A DNA stretch of 32,000 nt from Burkholderiaceae bacterium (GCA_965234775.1 OZ248566.1), one strand, 5' to 3'. Counted from the first letter of the stretch, positions 21,801 to 28,732 are shown. Notes: generated from the sequence alone by a model not told the origin. Numbers and translations are program-made.

Positions 21801-22799
21801 GTCGCCTTGCAGGCTGATGTTGCCGCCTTTGCCAAAGGCCTCAGTGCTGCTGGCATCCAAGGTGCCCGCATTTTGCACACGCGCGCTGCCCGACAACACA
21901 ATGCGCCCGCCTTGTTGTTGAAGGCCAGTGGCTTCCACCGTGCCACTGTTTTTCACCACGCCGCCGACCAGGCGGTCCATCGATTGCGCGCTGATGATGA
22001 CCAAGCCGCCAGGGGCTTGTACGGCCAAGCGGTTGTCCACCAGGGCTTGAATTTGGCTGGGCGTGACGCGCAGGCTCGTCAGGCGGTTGTTGCTGTCGAA
22101 CTTCAAGTCAAAGGCTTCGCCAGCGGCCATGGCCACGGTGCCCATGTGCGCGATGACGGCACCTTGGTTGCGCACCTCAGGTGCGAGCAGTGCGATGTAG
22201 CCGCCCAATGTGGCCTTGAGCTCGCCTTCGTTGACCACGCTGGCGGTGCTGTCGTTGCGCTCAAACCTGTTTTTGCCCGCCATGAAGTCGGCATTGCCAA
22301 TGCCATGTGTGGTCGCGATCAAACCGCCCACATCGACGCGCGCATCTTTGCCAAAAAACACACCCGACGGGTTGGTGAGGATGACTTGGCCGTTGGCTGA
22401 AATTTGGCCAAAGATTTGGCTGGGGTCGTTGCCGAGCACACGGTTGAGCGTGACGCTGCTGGCACTGGGCTGTACAAACTGCACCTTGGCGTCTTTGCCC
22501 ACATTGAAGCTTTGCCAATTGATGGCCGCGCGGTCGGTGCTTTGCTGGATGAGCATATTCGCACCCGTTTGCCCAATGCTTGCCTTGCCCGCGCCGACTT
22601 GCCCGCCCGTGGGCAAGGTGCTGGGTGGTGGTGCCGTCTGGGCGTAGGCGCTTTGCGCCAAAAGACCCCCCAGAATTGCAGCAATGGCTGAGACCACCTT
22701 CGCACCCGAGCTGGGCTTGCCTTTGGCGCTGACGGTTTCGGCAGCGGCGACATAGGTTTGCTTACTGGCGTTCCAGATGCTGTGGAATGACTTGTTCAT
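15852..22799 (-). CDS. two-partner-secretion exoprotein TpsA (filamentous hemagglutinin-like adhesin)
   Basis: 2315 aa. It has an extended signal peptide (MNKSFHSIWNASKQTYVAAAE...) and a TPS/hemagglutination-activity domain (AAINWQSFNVGKDAKVQF...LNRV...ILTNPSGVFFG). A long Gly/Thr/Ser/Ala-rich beta-helix-like region follows, then five KVYDGTT-type repeat units. The C-terminus is Ig-like (LPEWLKFDVKTLRFDASAVPDGAFPLQV). Confidence 0.92.
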   Translation of the reverse strand: MNKSFHSIWNASKQTYVAAAETVSAKGKPSSGAKVVSAIAAILGGLLAQSAYAQTAPPPSTLPTGGQVGAGKASIGQTGANMLIQQSTDRAAINWQSFNVGKDAKVQFVQPSASSVTLNRVLGNDPSQIFGQISANGQVILTNPSGVFFGKDARVDVGGLIATTHGIGNADFMAGKNRFERNDSTASVVNEGELKATLGGYIALLAPEVRNQGAVIAHMGTVAMAAGEAFDLKFDSNNRLTSLRVTPSQIQALVDNRLAVQAPGGLVIISAQSMDRLVGGVVKNSGTVEATGLQQQGGRIVLSGSARVQNAGTLDASSTEAFGKGGNISLQGDSIELQSSSRISATGPAGGGTVLVGGNWQGSADPLLQVTEQPNQQATTVNMASGATIDASATHNGDGGMVVLWSDVKAEGSETDFAGQIHAQGGPNSGQGGRVETSGHTLRVAETAGVNTLAPKGNAGQWLLDPIDFTISAGSGGQTTSGIGATTLAGNLLTTSVAIATDASPGGNGDIRVNAAVTQAAANSLTLTAHRDINVYYALSIGGGITLNAGRIISVNNNLSSTATNSTGISLSGTAIVQGSFSVTTQGSPITYSVTNSPQTSSTDYALLIGNNASFNASGGNINLSSSFAAGGASGTQDDVAVLFGDNSIVRTSGSGNITVTGNASNLTTTGNAMGIYFSGGNTIVTDSGALTLNLYRRTTANSDGLQNWAGASLLSQSGRISIVDLTPDGSSLGTQNSITSLRSETLNIGAVSGSSVTTSTSDITIQANKTFNPNALKLNTGGNIVFESAGSTFSAAQTFPSISGSPSSVRLGKSANTADVTVGTAITATGPISINGGAITISAPITATNSQITLKGGTGKAVTDGTSGFVVASDLFLLGGNVTLDHASNNVGTLAASGVGSLTYIDSNALTIGTVGATSGIGATGAVSVSTLTGDLTLADNINTTSTTSSAILLNAGKSTAPGTASGGNLLISGTPTLSVGTGGRISLMTGSVTGSTGLTSLSGLTAGTGRFRYNADESTNFATGSWTALSSGVYGIYREQPTAITLDNLNQVITYGDSFALSTTPTGLLNGDTFSQTITSAAYSSGRLNANATPYTITSNLTGLGYSVSANTLTVNRKALTASGLSSANKVYNGTTTAVVSGTAVLQAAVATGTSSDGKPFTGDTVSLTGTAVGNFNTKDVLTANTVAFTGLSLTGAQSGNYALTQPSDNTARITAKALTVSGLSSANKVYDATTTAAVNGTAVLQTAIAAGAGTSSDGKAYAVDSVSLTGTALGNFNTKDVITANTVAFSGLGLTGTGADNYSLTQHANATTPRITAKALTVSGVTTADKVYDGTTTAVVSGTAVLQTAIATGTGTSSDGKAYLGDTVALTGTALGNFNTKDVATASTVTFTGLSLSGAQSGNYSLTQPAAATKQITPASLTVYANNDAKFVTTADPGFTFSYSPFVVGETASTAGVLTSTPTVSVDRTNTLNITNGSAATGVLASSGTESAGTYANALVPSGAVAPNYQISYAKGSYTIVPAEQLLVRLQSASATYGSAPTYTVSSAQYMPAGGNPAAPVNVGTVNVNGNAVSVNDGAGTSATFNLTPVNASLSTTLQTKAGAYQLEGSGLAITPSANPNFSRLTVVGDLSVTPKALTPNVNNATKPYDGTTAATGVSIGMTGVVTSGALTDAVSAGGNGQFASRNAGSTTYTLSNLALTGNDAGNYTITNASISGSGTITPKAVTLTAPTGTKVYDGQTTSSVTAADLTALSTALGVAGDTVSGVSLNFDNKNVGTGKTLTPSAAVVADGNSGGNYAITYASNTQSSITRLNSVTWVGGTTGNWFDPANWAGGAVPDLSNVANVVIPSGVTASFGSTVVAPAQSGAVNIDGLTGTGSNLSQSAGTLNVGTGGMVLSGLTQSGGTLTNTGSTTSDSFNQSGGSFSGTGAMTAASLVQTGGAMTLGGDLSVTQNFSQGASGSVSVGGNTSITDTTAGVQLGNLTSTGTLSVTSTDGAISQSSGSVITAQSTSSFTATQGGQPAAINLGNAGNDFVGAVSLNGSNVTIVDANALTLGTVTTAGNLNATAATNLAVNGVVNASTLDLTATTGNVTQGTSSTLTVATGPTNLTAGGSITLDGTNNFTGVVNKTGTNITRDVSVSPNVTAAQVVASKLLANNPTPPVMGTSLSNANIPQPLMVSATTQTLVTNDSGSSANSSAASSQASGISVEQRNAPSSTGLSMMFAVSLPKGTSTVGAGFSFDLPESVRTAAAESSDIRANLPSGSALPEWLKFDVKTLRFDASAVPDGAFPLQVALTFGGQRTLVVISERAD
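18545..19445 (-). repeat. three tandem 303-306-bp (101-102 codon) in-frame repeats inside tpsA
   Basis: GTCTTTGGTGTTGAAGTTGCC recurs at 18645, 18951 and 19254. The first two copies share a ~39-nt perfect stretch. The protein units run KALT(V/A)SG...KVY(D/N)(G/A)TTTA.V.GTAVLQ...GNFNTKDV...F(T/S)GL.L(T/S)G...NY(S/A)LTQ. Confidence 0.9.
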
Positions 22800-22862
22800 G
22801 GTGCGGGGCTCTGTGGGTGCTTCAGATGAAAAAAGCGTGTTGGGTCTTGGATCGTGGGTGGA

Positions 22863-24554
22863 TCAAAAAGACAAGCCTGCGGTGAACCAGATGCGGTTGA
22901 TCAGAAGCGTGCCGTCGCCATCGGTACCGGTGGCTGTGGGCTTGGGGTTGCTGCCTTCGCGCTGAGACCACGTGAGCTTGGCGTTGAGACCCAGGGGGCC
23001 TTGCCAAGCCGCGCTCAGGCCATACCCGCGCAAACTCGATGGCGTGGATGCGTCAGCGGCTGTGGTTGGCAGCGCGGTCACCCAAGCTTGGTCTATAAAA
23101 CCGCTCAGCAACCACGCAGCATGCAAGCGCCAGCGCCATTCGCCCGTCAGCAGTTGGCCGCGCTCACCACCCAACTCGCTGCTGGGGTAGGCGCGCACGA
23201 TGGTGGCACCGCCGATGTAAAACTTCTCAGACGAGTCCAGCAACTGCGTGGCGTATTGGCCTTGGAGGTTGAGGAGCAGAGAGTGGTCCTTGGTCAATGA
23301 CTGTTGTCGGCTCAGGGCGTAGTTGAATTTGATGTAGTCGCGGCCCAGGGTGTCGATCTGGGTGTGGGCCTTGACACGGGCGAGTTGACCTTGCACCACT
23401 TGCAATGAGGCACTGTTGGCACCGCCGCCACCCAGGTCGTCAAAAACGTTGCCAGAAAAACCCAACTTCAGGCTGTTGGTCTCGTAATCGGCGTAGCTGT
23501 TGGTGGCGCTGGTTTTGTTGATGCTGTCGTTGTAGAAACGTTTGTTATCCAGACCCCCAGAAAAATACAAATTGCGCATGCGCTGCCGAACGACTGGAAA
23601 GCTCCAGTCCAAGCCTATGCTGTCGGAGCTGCCTTGGACGTTCAAGCTCACCAAGCTGCTGGGGCCGTCGATGACTTTGTAGTTCATCGTGCTGCCGTTG
23701 AACCCAAAGCGCAAGCCGTTGTAGCCCACAGGGACGGTCAGACCCAATCGGACGTAGGCACTGCCTTGGGTGCGCAATGCGGTCAAGTTGATCAATTCGC
23801 CGTGGTCGCCAGGGCTGTTGATGTTCAGGTTGAGCATGACGCGGTTGCTGCCGGTTGAGCGCGCACCGGTGTTGTCCAGGGTCACTTCGCCGTAGACAAA
23901 AGCCTCGTCGCTGTTTTGAATCGCCAAGCCCGTTTCGCCTTCGGCCTGGCCTGGAACCAAGGTGCCTGCGACGCTGATGCCGGGCAGGTCGTCGGCCAAC
24001 AGCAGGGCACGGTCGAGGGCCAGTGTGTTCAAAGGCTCGCCCGTTTTTTGTTGCTCCTCGAAAAAGGCCTCAATGTCCGAGGAAAGAACGCGCTTGGAAG
24101 GTTCGCCTTCCAGGCGCAGGCCAGCAAACCGTGCTTCCACCACTTGCAGGGTGATGGTGCCTTCGCTGATGTCTTGCTCTGGCAAATAAACCCGCGCCAA
24201 CCATCCGGACTCACGGTAGGCAGCGGCGACCGCATCGGCGGCGCGCTGTATCCCGGCAAAGTCGAGTTGCAGGCCCACAAACGCCTGCAGGACGGTTGCC
24301 AGTTGTTCGCTGCTGAGCAAGTTGTTGCTTGCAAAGCGGAAGGATTTGACCATGACGGTCATGCCCGATGTGGGCTGGATTTGGGGGGGCAGCGGTGCGC
24401 TTTGGGGGCGCGCTGCGGGCAATGGCTGTGGGCGTTGTTGCTCGATTTGCTGACGCAAGCTACCGGCGTCTGGGGGCGTTTGGGCCCATCCCGAAAAGCT
24501 CAGCCCCAATGCGACAGGCAAAGACCAATAAGTGGGAAGAGGTCTATTGGGCAT
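22863..24554 (-). CDS. TpsB outer-membrane transporter (ShlB/FhaC/HecB family, POTRA plus beta-barrel)
   Basis: 563 aa from the ATG at 24554, with a signal peptide ending SGWAQ. A POTRA-like region (VKSFRF.SN.LLS.EQL) is followed by a C-terminal barrel ending in an aromatic residue (AGLSF). It lies immediately upstream of tpsA (63-bp gap). Confidence 0.9.
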   Translation of the reverse strand: MPNRPLPTYWSLPVALGLSFSGWAQTPPDAGSLRQQIEQQRPQPLPAARPQSAPLPPQIQPTSGMTVMVKSFRFASNNLLSSEQLATVLQAFVGLQLDFAGIQRAADAVAAAYRESGWLARVYLPEQDISEGTITLQVVEARFAGLRLEGEPSKRVLSSDIEAFFEEQQKTGEPLNTLALDRALLLADDLPGISVAGTLVPGQAEGETGLAIQNSDEAFVYGEVTLDNTGARSTGSNRVMLNLNINSPGDHGELINLTALRTQGSAYVRLGLTVPVGYNGLRFGFNGSTMNYKVIDGPSSLVSLNVQGSSDSIGLDWSFPVVRQRMRNLYFSGGLDNKRFYNDSINKTSATNSYADYETNSLKLGFSGNVFDDLGGGGANSASLQVVQGQLARVKAHTQIDTLGRDYIKFNYALSRQQSLTKDHSLLLNLQGQYATQLLDSSEKFYIGGATIVRAYPSSELGGERGQLLTGEWRWRLHAAWLLSGFIDQAWVTALPTTAADASTPSSLRGYGLSAAWQGPLGLNAKLTWSQREGSNPKPTATGTDGDGTLLINRIWFTAGLSF

Positions 24555-24608
24555 TTTGTGGGTCAAGAAAAAACATCGCGCGAGGTTAAAACGCGAAAAT
24601 CTTTCTTT

Positions 24609-24625
24609 GCCTACAAAAACCTACA
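24609..24625 (-). promoter_or_regulatory. tandem 10-bp-phased direct repeat GCCTACA-AAAA-CCTACA upstream of tpsB (candidate response-regulator box)
   Basis: On the gene strand it reads TGTAGG-TTTT-TGTAGGC, 55 nt upstream of the tpsB ATG. The same bipartite pattern occurs at 27355-27371. An AT-rich hexamer (TTTAAC) lies 18 nt downstream. Confidence 0.55.
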
Positions 24626-24664
24626 AAATTGACATGTCTTAATGGGTGAGGTCAGCAGGTACTG

Positions 24665-25381
24665 CTAAACCACTTGCACTGAGATGCACAGCTGGTAGCC
24701 GTGCCCCCGGATGGCTTCGATGCAGTTGCTGCCCGCTCCGGCGTCTACCAGTTTCTTGCGCAGGCGCACCATGCGCACTTCCAGGCTGGCTTTGGGGTAA
24801 GTTTCCAGGTTCAGGCCGAGGGTTTCGGCGATTTGCCAGTAGGCGATGCGCTGTCCTGGGGCACGTGAAAAGGCGGTCAAGATGGAAGTTTCAGAAGCGC
24901 TCAGGACAATTTCAGACTGACCAGGCTTGGCAATACGCATGTGCTGCTGATGCAGGGTAAAGCTTTGCTGGTTCTGGTTTTGCAGCAGGGTGTCAACCCT
25001 TTGTCGACGCCGACCAAGGGCGCCAACCGCGGCACAGAGTTCGGGCACTTCGATGGGTTTGCTGAGGTACATGTCGGCACCTCGCGCGTAGCTTTCGAGC
25101 TTGTCGCTCAGGCCCGAGCGGGCTGTTACCACGATCAAACCCGCGAGCGGGTAGGCGGTGCGTACGCGCTCAGTTAGGCTCAGGCCATCTTCGCCGGGCA
25201 GGTTCAGGTCGATCAAAAAAATGTCAACGTGTTGGCCTTGGGCCACGTCTTCGAGCTCTTCGGCACAAGACAGTGCAACGACTTGATGGCCTGATTCCTC
25301 CAGCGCTTGCTGGAGCATGTCGCGCAAAATGTCGTGATCTTCAACAATCACCAGGTTCAGGCGTGGTGCAGGGGTATCCAC
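24665..25381 (-). CDS. OmpR/PhoB-family response regulator (receiver plus winged-helix)
   Basis: 238 aa. The receiver has LVIVEDHD and DIFLIDLNLPGEDG. The C-terminal winged helix has MVRLRKKL...IEAIRGHGYQL. The start is GTG at 25381, overlapping the kinase 3' end by 25 nt. Confidence 0.9.
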   Translation of the reverse strand: MDTPAPRLNLVIVEDHDILRDMLQQALEESGHQVVALSCAEELEDVAQGQHVDIFLIDLNLPGEDGLSLTERVRTAYPLAGLIVVTARSGLSDKLESYARGADMYLSKPIEVPELCAAVGALGRRRQRVDTLLQNQNQQSFTLHQQHMRIAKPGQSEIVLSASETSILTAFSRAPGQRIAYWQIAETLGLNLETYPKASLEVRMVRLRKKLVDAGAGSNCIEAIRGHGYQLCISVQVV

Positions 25382-27282
25382 AGAACAAACTCCACATGTT
25401 GATAGCTGGGCGCGTAAACCAAAGTGCCCCCCAGGCTTTGCGCCAGCTCTCGCGATAGGAAAAGCCCGAGGCCTGTGCCCGATTCGCGTTGTGCGGCATT
25501 GGCGCGGTAATACTTGTTGAACAGTTGCTCAGTGTCAGGCCAGCCAGCCAGCCCCGGTGTGTTGCTCATGCGCAGTTCCAAGCCCGGCAGATCATCCTGG
25601 GTTTTGGGCTTCAAGGTGACGGTAACGGGGGTGAGGGGGTCGCTGTAATGGGCCGCATTGATAAGCAAATTGGTCAGAACGATTTGCAGCAGTTGTGGGT
25701 CTGTGTGTGGCCGAGGCAAGTTTAGGTCTGCGGCGAGATCGAAACGCCCCTTAAGCTTTGAGATGGCCTTTGCTTGTTGACGTAAGAGCCCCACCACATT
25801 GACTGGTTGGCGGTGTTGCTTCAGTCGAAGTTCTCCGATTTGGTCAGACTGCACGCAGCGCTCGATGATGGCTTTCATGTCTTGCACAGCATGGCTGGCA
25901 TGTGCCAGGTTTTCTTCCCGGTTTGTCTTGTTACCCAGCGCTAACGACACGATAGACAGCGGTGTCTTGAGCTCGTGCATCAGCATGTGTAAAAACTGAG
26001 ATTGCTCTTGACGCTGTCGCTGCTCAAGGGCCAGGACTTGCTTGGTCCTGTCTAGGTTCATGGCCATCATGGTTTTCTCGTTTTGTAGCTCATGCGATTT
26101 TTGGGCCATGTTGTATACACGCAATTGCATCAGCAAGAACATCACCAGTCCATCGAGCAAGACATGCATCAGGTTACCGGCCAGCAAGAAGCGGTTGATT
26201 GGCAGCCACCCCTGCCGGATGGCGGCGGGGATGATGTTGATGGTCGCGAAAATGGAAAAATAAGCCAACAATAACAAGTAGGACAAGCTTTGTTTTTGCC
26301 GGGAGGGTTGAGCGAACAACAAGGTAAACCACATCAAGCCCAAGCAAACAATCACCATGACATTGGTGCTTAACAACATGAATCGGGTCATGTCAAAGAA
26401 CTGGAGAAAGGGCAGTACGCAGACCAGCGCCACAGCGGCAAGTGTTGCGCGCAGAAAGCCGCGCTGCAGGCCATAGTCTTCAAACAAGACGGTATAGAAC
26501 CATACGCCGCTAGCAAGAGTCCAAATCCGGATAAAGTATCCTAGGCAGAGGCGGAAGTTCAGGGGAATGAGATCGCTCAGCAAAAGCCCACTGAAACCCA
26601 CCATACTGAAAGCCCACAGCGTGGCCATCCATTGTTTAAAGGCGTATACCCCCATCACTCGCTCTCGACTCATCCACCATTGCATCGTCGACCACAGGGC
26701 AAAGACGATGGACACAGACTGCAGAAAGACCACGAGTCTTTCCATGTTGTAATTTTTGACTTGTGCTTTGCGCAAAGGCCAGACATCGGTCATGACCAGC
26801 CGGGCACTTGGGGTGTCGATGCGCAAGTACAGGTTGCGCTCTTCGGGTAAGGGTGGAATCTGAAATGAAAAATTGATCGAATCCAAGGCATCCTCACTGC
26901 GCGGTCTAGCATAACCACCGTGCTGGACCCGGGTTGAGGCTGAGTCATACAAAGTCAGTTGATCGAGGAAAAACGGTTCAACACCGACGATCCATGCCTC
27001 TTTTTCTTCGGGTAAGGCTGCACGCAAGGTGTAGCGGATCCAGATGGGTTCTTCCCCAAATCCCCAATTCATCTTGCCATCAAAAGATGTCCAGCTTTCG
27101 ACGGCTTGGACCTCTTGAAGCGTGGCACGACCGCTGGAGTCCATGTGCCAGGCCATGGATTGGACGAGCGGAGGTGCTTTGCTTCCGTCTGGGGATGGTT
27201 GGCAAGCTGCCAGCCCGAATGTGAGCAGGAGCGTCAGGAACAATCCAGACCAACGGAACCAGCGGGGAGCATTGACGAGCAT
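25357..27282 (-). CDS. sensor histidine kinase with 7TMR-DISM-type N-terminal sensor and seven-TM region
   Basis: 641 aa from the ATG at 27282 (TTG at 27288 is possible). It has a lipobox-like signal (LTFGLAAC) and a periplasmic domain, followed by about 7 hydrophobic helices. The H-box is MHELKTPLS and the ATPase N/G boxes are LLINAAHYS and GTGLGL. Confidence 0.85.
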   Translation of the reverse strand: MLVNAPRWFRWSGLFLTLLLTFGLAACQPSPDGSKAPPLVQSMAWHMDSSGRATLQEVQAVESWTSFDGKMNWGFGEEPIWIRYTLRAALPEEKEAWIVGVEPFFLDQLTLYDSASTRVQHGGYARPRSEDALDSINFSFQIPPLPEERNLYLRIDTPSARLVMTDVWPLRKAQVKNYNMERLVVFLQSVSIVFALWSTMQWWMSRERVMGVYAFKQWMATLWAFSMVGFSGLLLSDLIPLNFRLCLGYFIRIWTLASGVWFYTVLFEDYGLQRGFLRATLAAVALVCVLPFLQFFDMTRFMLLSTNVMVIVCLGLMWFTLLFAQPSRQKQSLSYLLLLAYFSIFATINIIPAAIRQGWLPINRFLLAGNLMHVLLDGLVMFLLMQLRVYNMAQKSHELQNEKTMMAMNLDRTKQVLALEQRQRQEQSQFLHMLMHELKTPLSIVSLALGNKTNREENLAHASHAVQDMKAIIERCVQSDQIGELRLKQHRQPVNVVGLLRQQAKAISKLKGRFDLAADLNLPRPHTDPQLLQIVLTNLLINAAHYSDPLTPVTVTLKPKTQDDLPGLELRMSNTPGLAGWPDTEQLFNKYYRANAAQRESGTGLGLFLSRELAQSLGGTLVYAPSYQHVEFVLWIPLHHA

Positions 27283-27354
27283 GGTCAAGGAACAGGTGGG
27301 TATGACAATGAAAGGCTTGAAAGCTGGTAGTTTTTAACAGAAAAGCAAGTTGAA

Positions 27355-27371
27355 GCCTACATTTCCCTACA
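27355..27371 (-). promoter_or_regulatory. tandem 10-bp-phased direct repeat GCCTACA-TTTC-CCTACA upstream of the kinase gene (candidate autoregulatory box)
   Basis: On the gene strand it reads TGTAGG-GAAA-TGTAGGC, 67-73 nt upstream of the kinase start. An AT-rich hexamer (TAAAAA) lies 18 nt downstream. Confidence 0.55.
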
Positions 27372-27500
27372 TCGCTGAAGCCATCACTTGTTCCAAGCTA
27401 CTGGGTTGATCGAAACCCGTCCTTATCTGTCACACCCGGCTAGACCGGGTAACCATCCCCGCCGAAGTCACCCAAGCGTTTAAAGGTTGCGACGACCTTG

Positions 27501-27676
27501 CCAAAAAGCAAAGGGAATGCTTGGATTACATCGTTGTGCATGAACTGGTGCATTTGCTGGAGCCGGCACACAACGAGCATTTCATCAAACTGATGGATCA
27601 ACATATGCCCAAGTGGAAGTCACATAGGCAATTGTTGAACAGCTTGCCGGTCAGGCATGAAAACTGGGAGTACTAA
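27501..27676 (+). pseudogene. 5'-truncated remnant of a DUF45/YgjP-type zinc metallopeptidase (gene class usually found beside type I R-M hsdR)
   Basis: The frame translates to DDLAKKQRECLDYIVVHELVHLLEPAHNEHFIKLMDQHMPKWKSHRQLLNSLPVRHENWEY*. This includes the HExxH motif and the conserved C-terminal part of the family. About 170 N-terminal codons and any start codon are missing, and an in-frame stop lies at 27417. Confidence 0.65.
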
Positions 27677-27961
27677 GAACCTTAAACTATATGCTTATGA
27701 AATTAACTAATATATGGATATGGCAATATTTTAAAAATTCCGTATTCGCAAGTGCAATGTCACAATGGTTGAATGGATCGCTAAATGATCTATCGAAAAT
27801 TTTTGACGAAATCGCGTATCCTGATGTGTCTCATCGCAAATGTGGTTTGCACAAATTAAACTAATAAATTATTTTTTACTACTTTCAAAATGCAAATTTA
27901 TTTCGATTGAAGCTTCGATGAAAAATAATTAAATTTGATATCTTTAGTTATAAGTCAGGAA

Positions 27962-28534
27962 TCAAACCAGCTCGACAGCTGCCTTCAATTGACTGGGGCT
28001 GCTGTAAAGATAGGCAGCGGTGGTGCTGATTGAGCGGTGCCCAGCAAGCGTTTTTAAAATATGTATCGCAGTGCCTTTGTTGGCCAAGTTTGTTAGGAAC
28101 GTTCTGCGCCCACTGTGACTGCTGGCACCCTCAACTCCAGCGCCTTCGTACATGAGTGCAAAGGCCTGAGCCAAGCTGTTTGCGCCGAATCCTGACTTGA
28201 TGCTTTTTTGGCTGGCAAAGAATGGGTAGTTGCGATCCACGCACCGAGCCTGTGCTGCATACGCTGCCAATTCCTCGCGCAGTCGGATGTTGACGAAAAC
28301 AGTCCTTGGGTGTCGGCCCTTGGTCATGTCGGGCAGCAAGCGGATTTCTTCCTTGACTGTGCCGTCCTGCTTGATCACATCGCTCCAGCGCAGGCAAGCA
28401 ACTTCACCGATTCTTAAACCTGCCAGGTGAGTGAGCAGCATCATTGCTCTGTTGCGTGGCGCGAAGCGGCGTGTGCGGATGTGGTCCAGTACCCGTGTCA
28501 GTTCTTCTTTGGTGAGTGTTTTTGCCTGTGCCAT
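27962..28534 (-). CDS. short tyrosine recombinase (catalytic domain only, 190 aa)
   Basis: Strong RBS (AAAGGAGAActtgaATG). Catalytic residues can be traced: LAGLRIGEV (Arg I), SSHSGRRT (HxxR), LAGHRSISTT (His II) and AAYLY (Tyr). There is no N-terminal core-binding or arm-binding domain. Confidence 0.85.
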   Translation of the reverse strand: MAQAKTLTKEELTRVLDHIRTRRFAPRNRAMMLLTHLAGLRIGEVACLRWSDVIKQDGTVKEEIRLLPDMTKGRHPRTVFVNIRLREELAAYAAQARCVDRNYPFFASQKSIKSGFGANSLAQAFALMYEGAGVEGASSHSGRRTFLTNLANKGTAIHILKTLAGHRSISTTAAYLYSSPSQLKAAVELV

Positions 28535-28732
28535 TCAAGTTCTCCTTTAATCATGTGTTTGCGTTAATTGCATTGTGTTTTCACATATTTATCTGGGCAA
28601 CCTGAGTCCTGCCAGAGTGGCGGGTTACCGAGCTAGAGAGAGGGCGAAATGAACTGGTTGTGGATAACTTTTTCATTGAAAAAATCCTCAACAATTTCAA
28701 AGCTCAAGAGGCGAAATCATTAGAAAGCTGAA

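Noticed and set aside
15883-22691. Many long plus-strand ORFs (e.g. 16273-17388, 20119-20772, 21507-22400) and nested minus-strand ORFs inside tpsA
   Set aside because: All are antisense or out of frame to a 2315-aa gene with a clear TPS domain. GC-rich, repeat-rich genes generate long spurious frames, and their products are Ala/Pro/Val/Arg-rich without motifs.
22854-24632. Plus-strand ORFs (22854-23300, 23916-24632 and others) opposite tpsB
   Set aside because: They are shadow ORFs antisense to a gene with a clear signal peptide and the POTRA/barrel organisation.
27691-27864. 57-codon ORF in the AT-rich patch
   Set aside because: There is no RBS and the composition is extremely AT-rich, where open frames arise easily. 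No motif was seen. It is kept only as a note within the scar finding.
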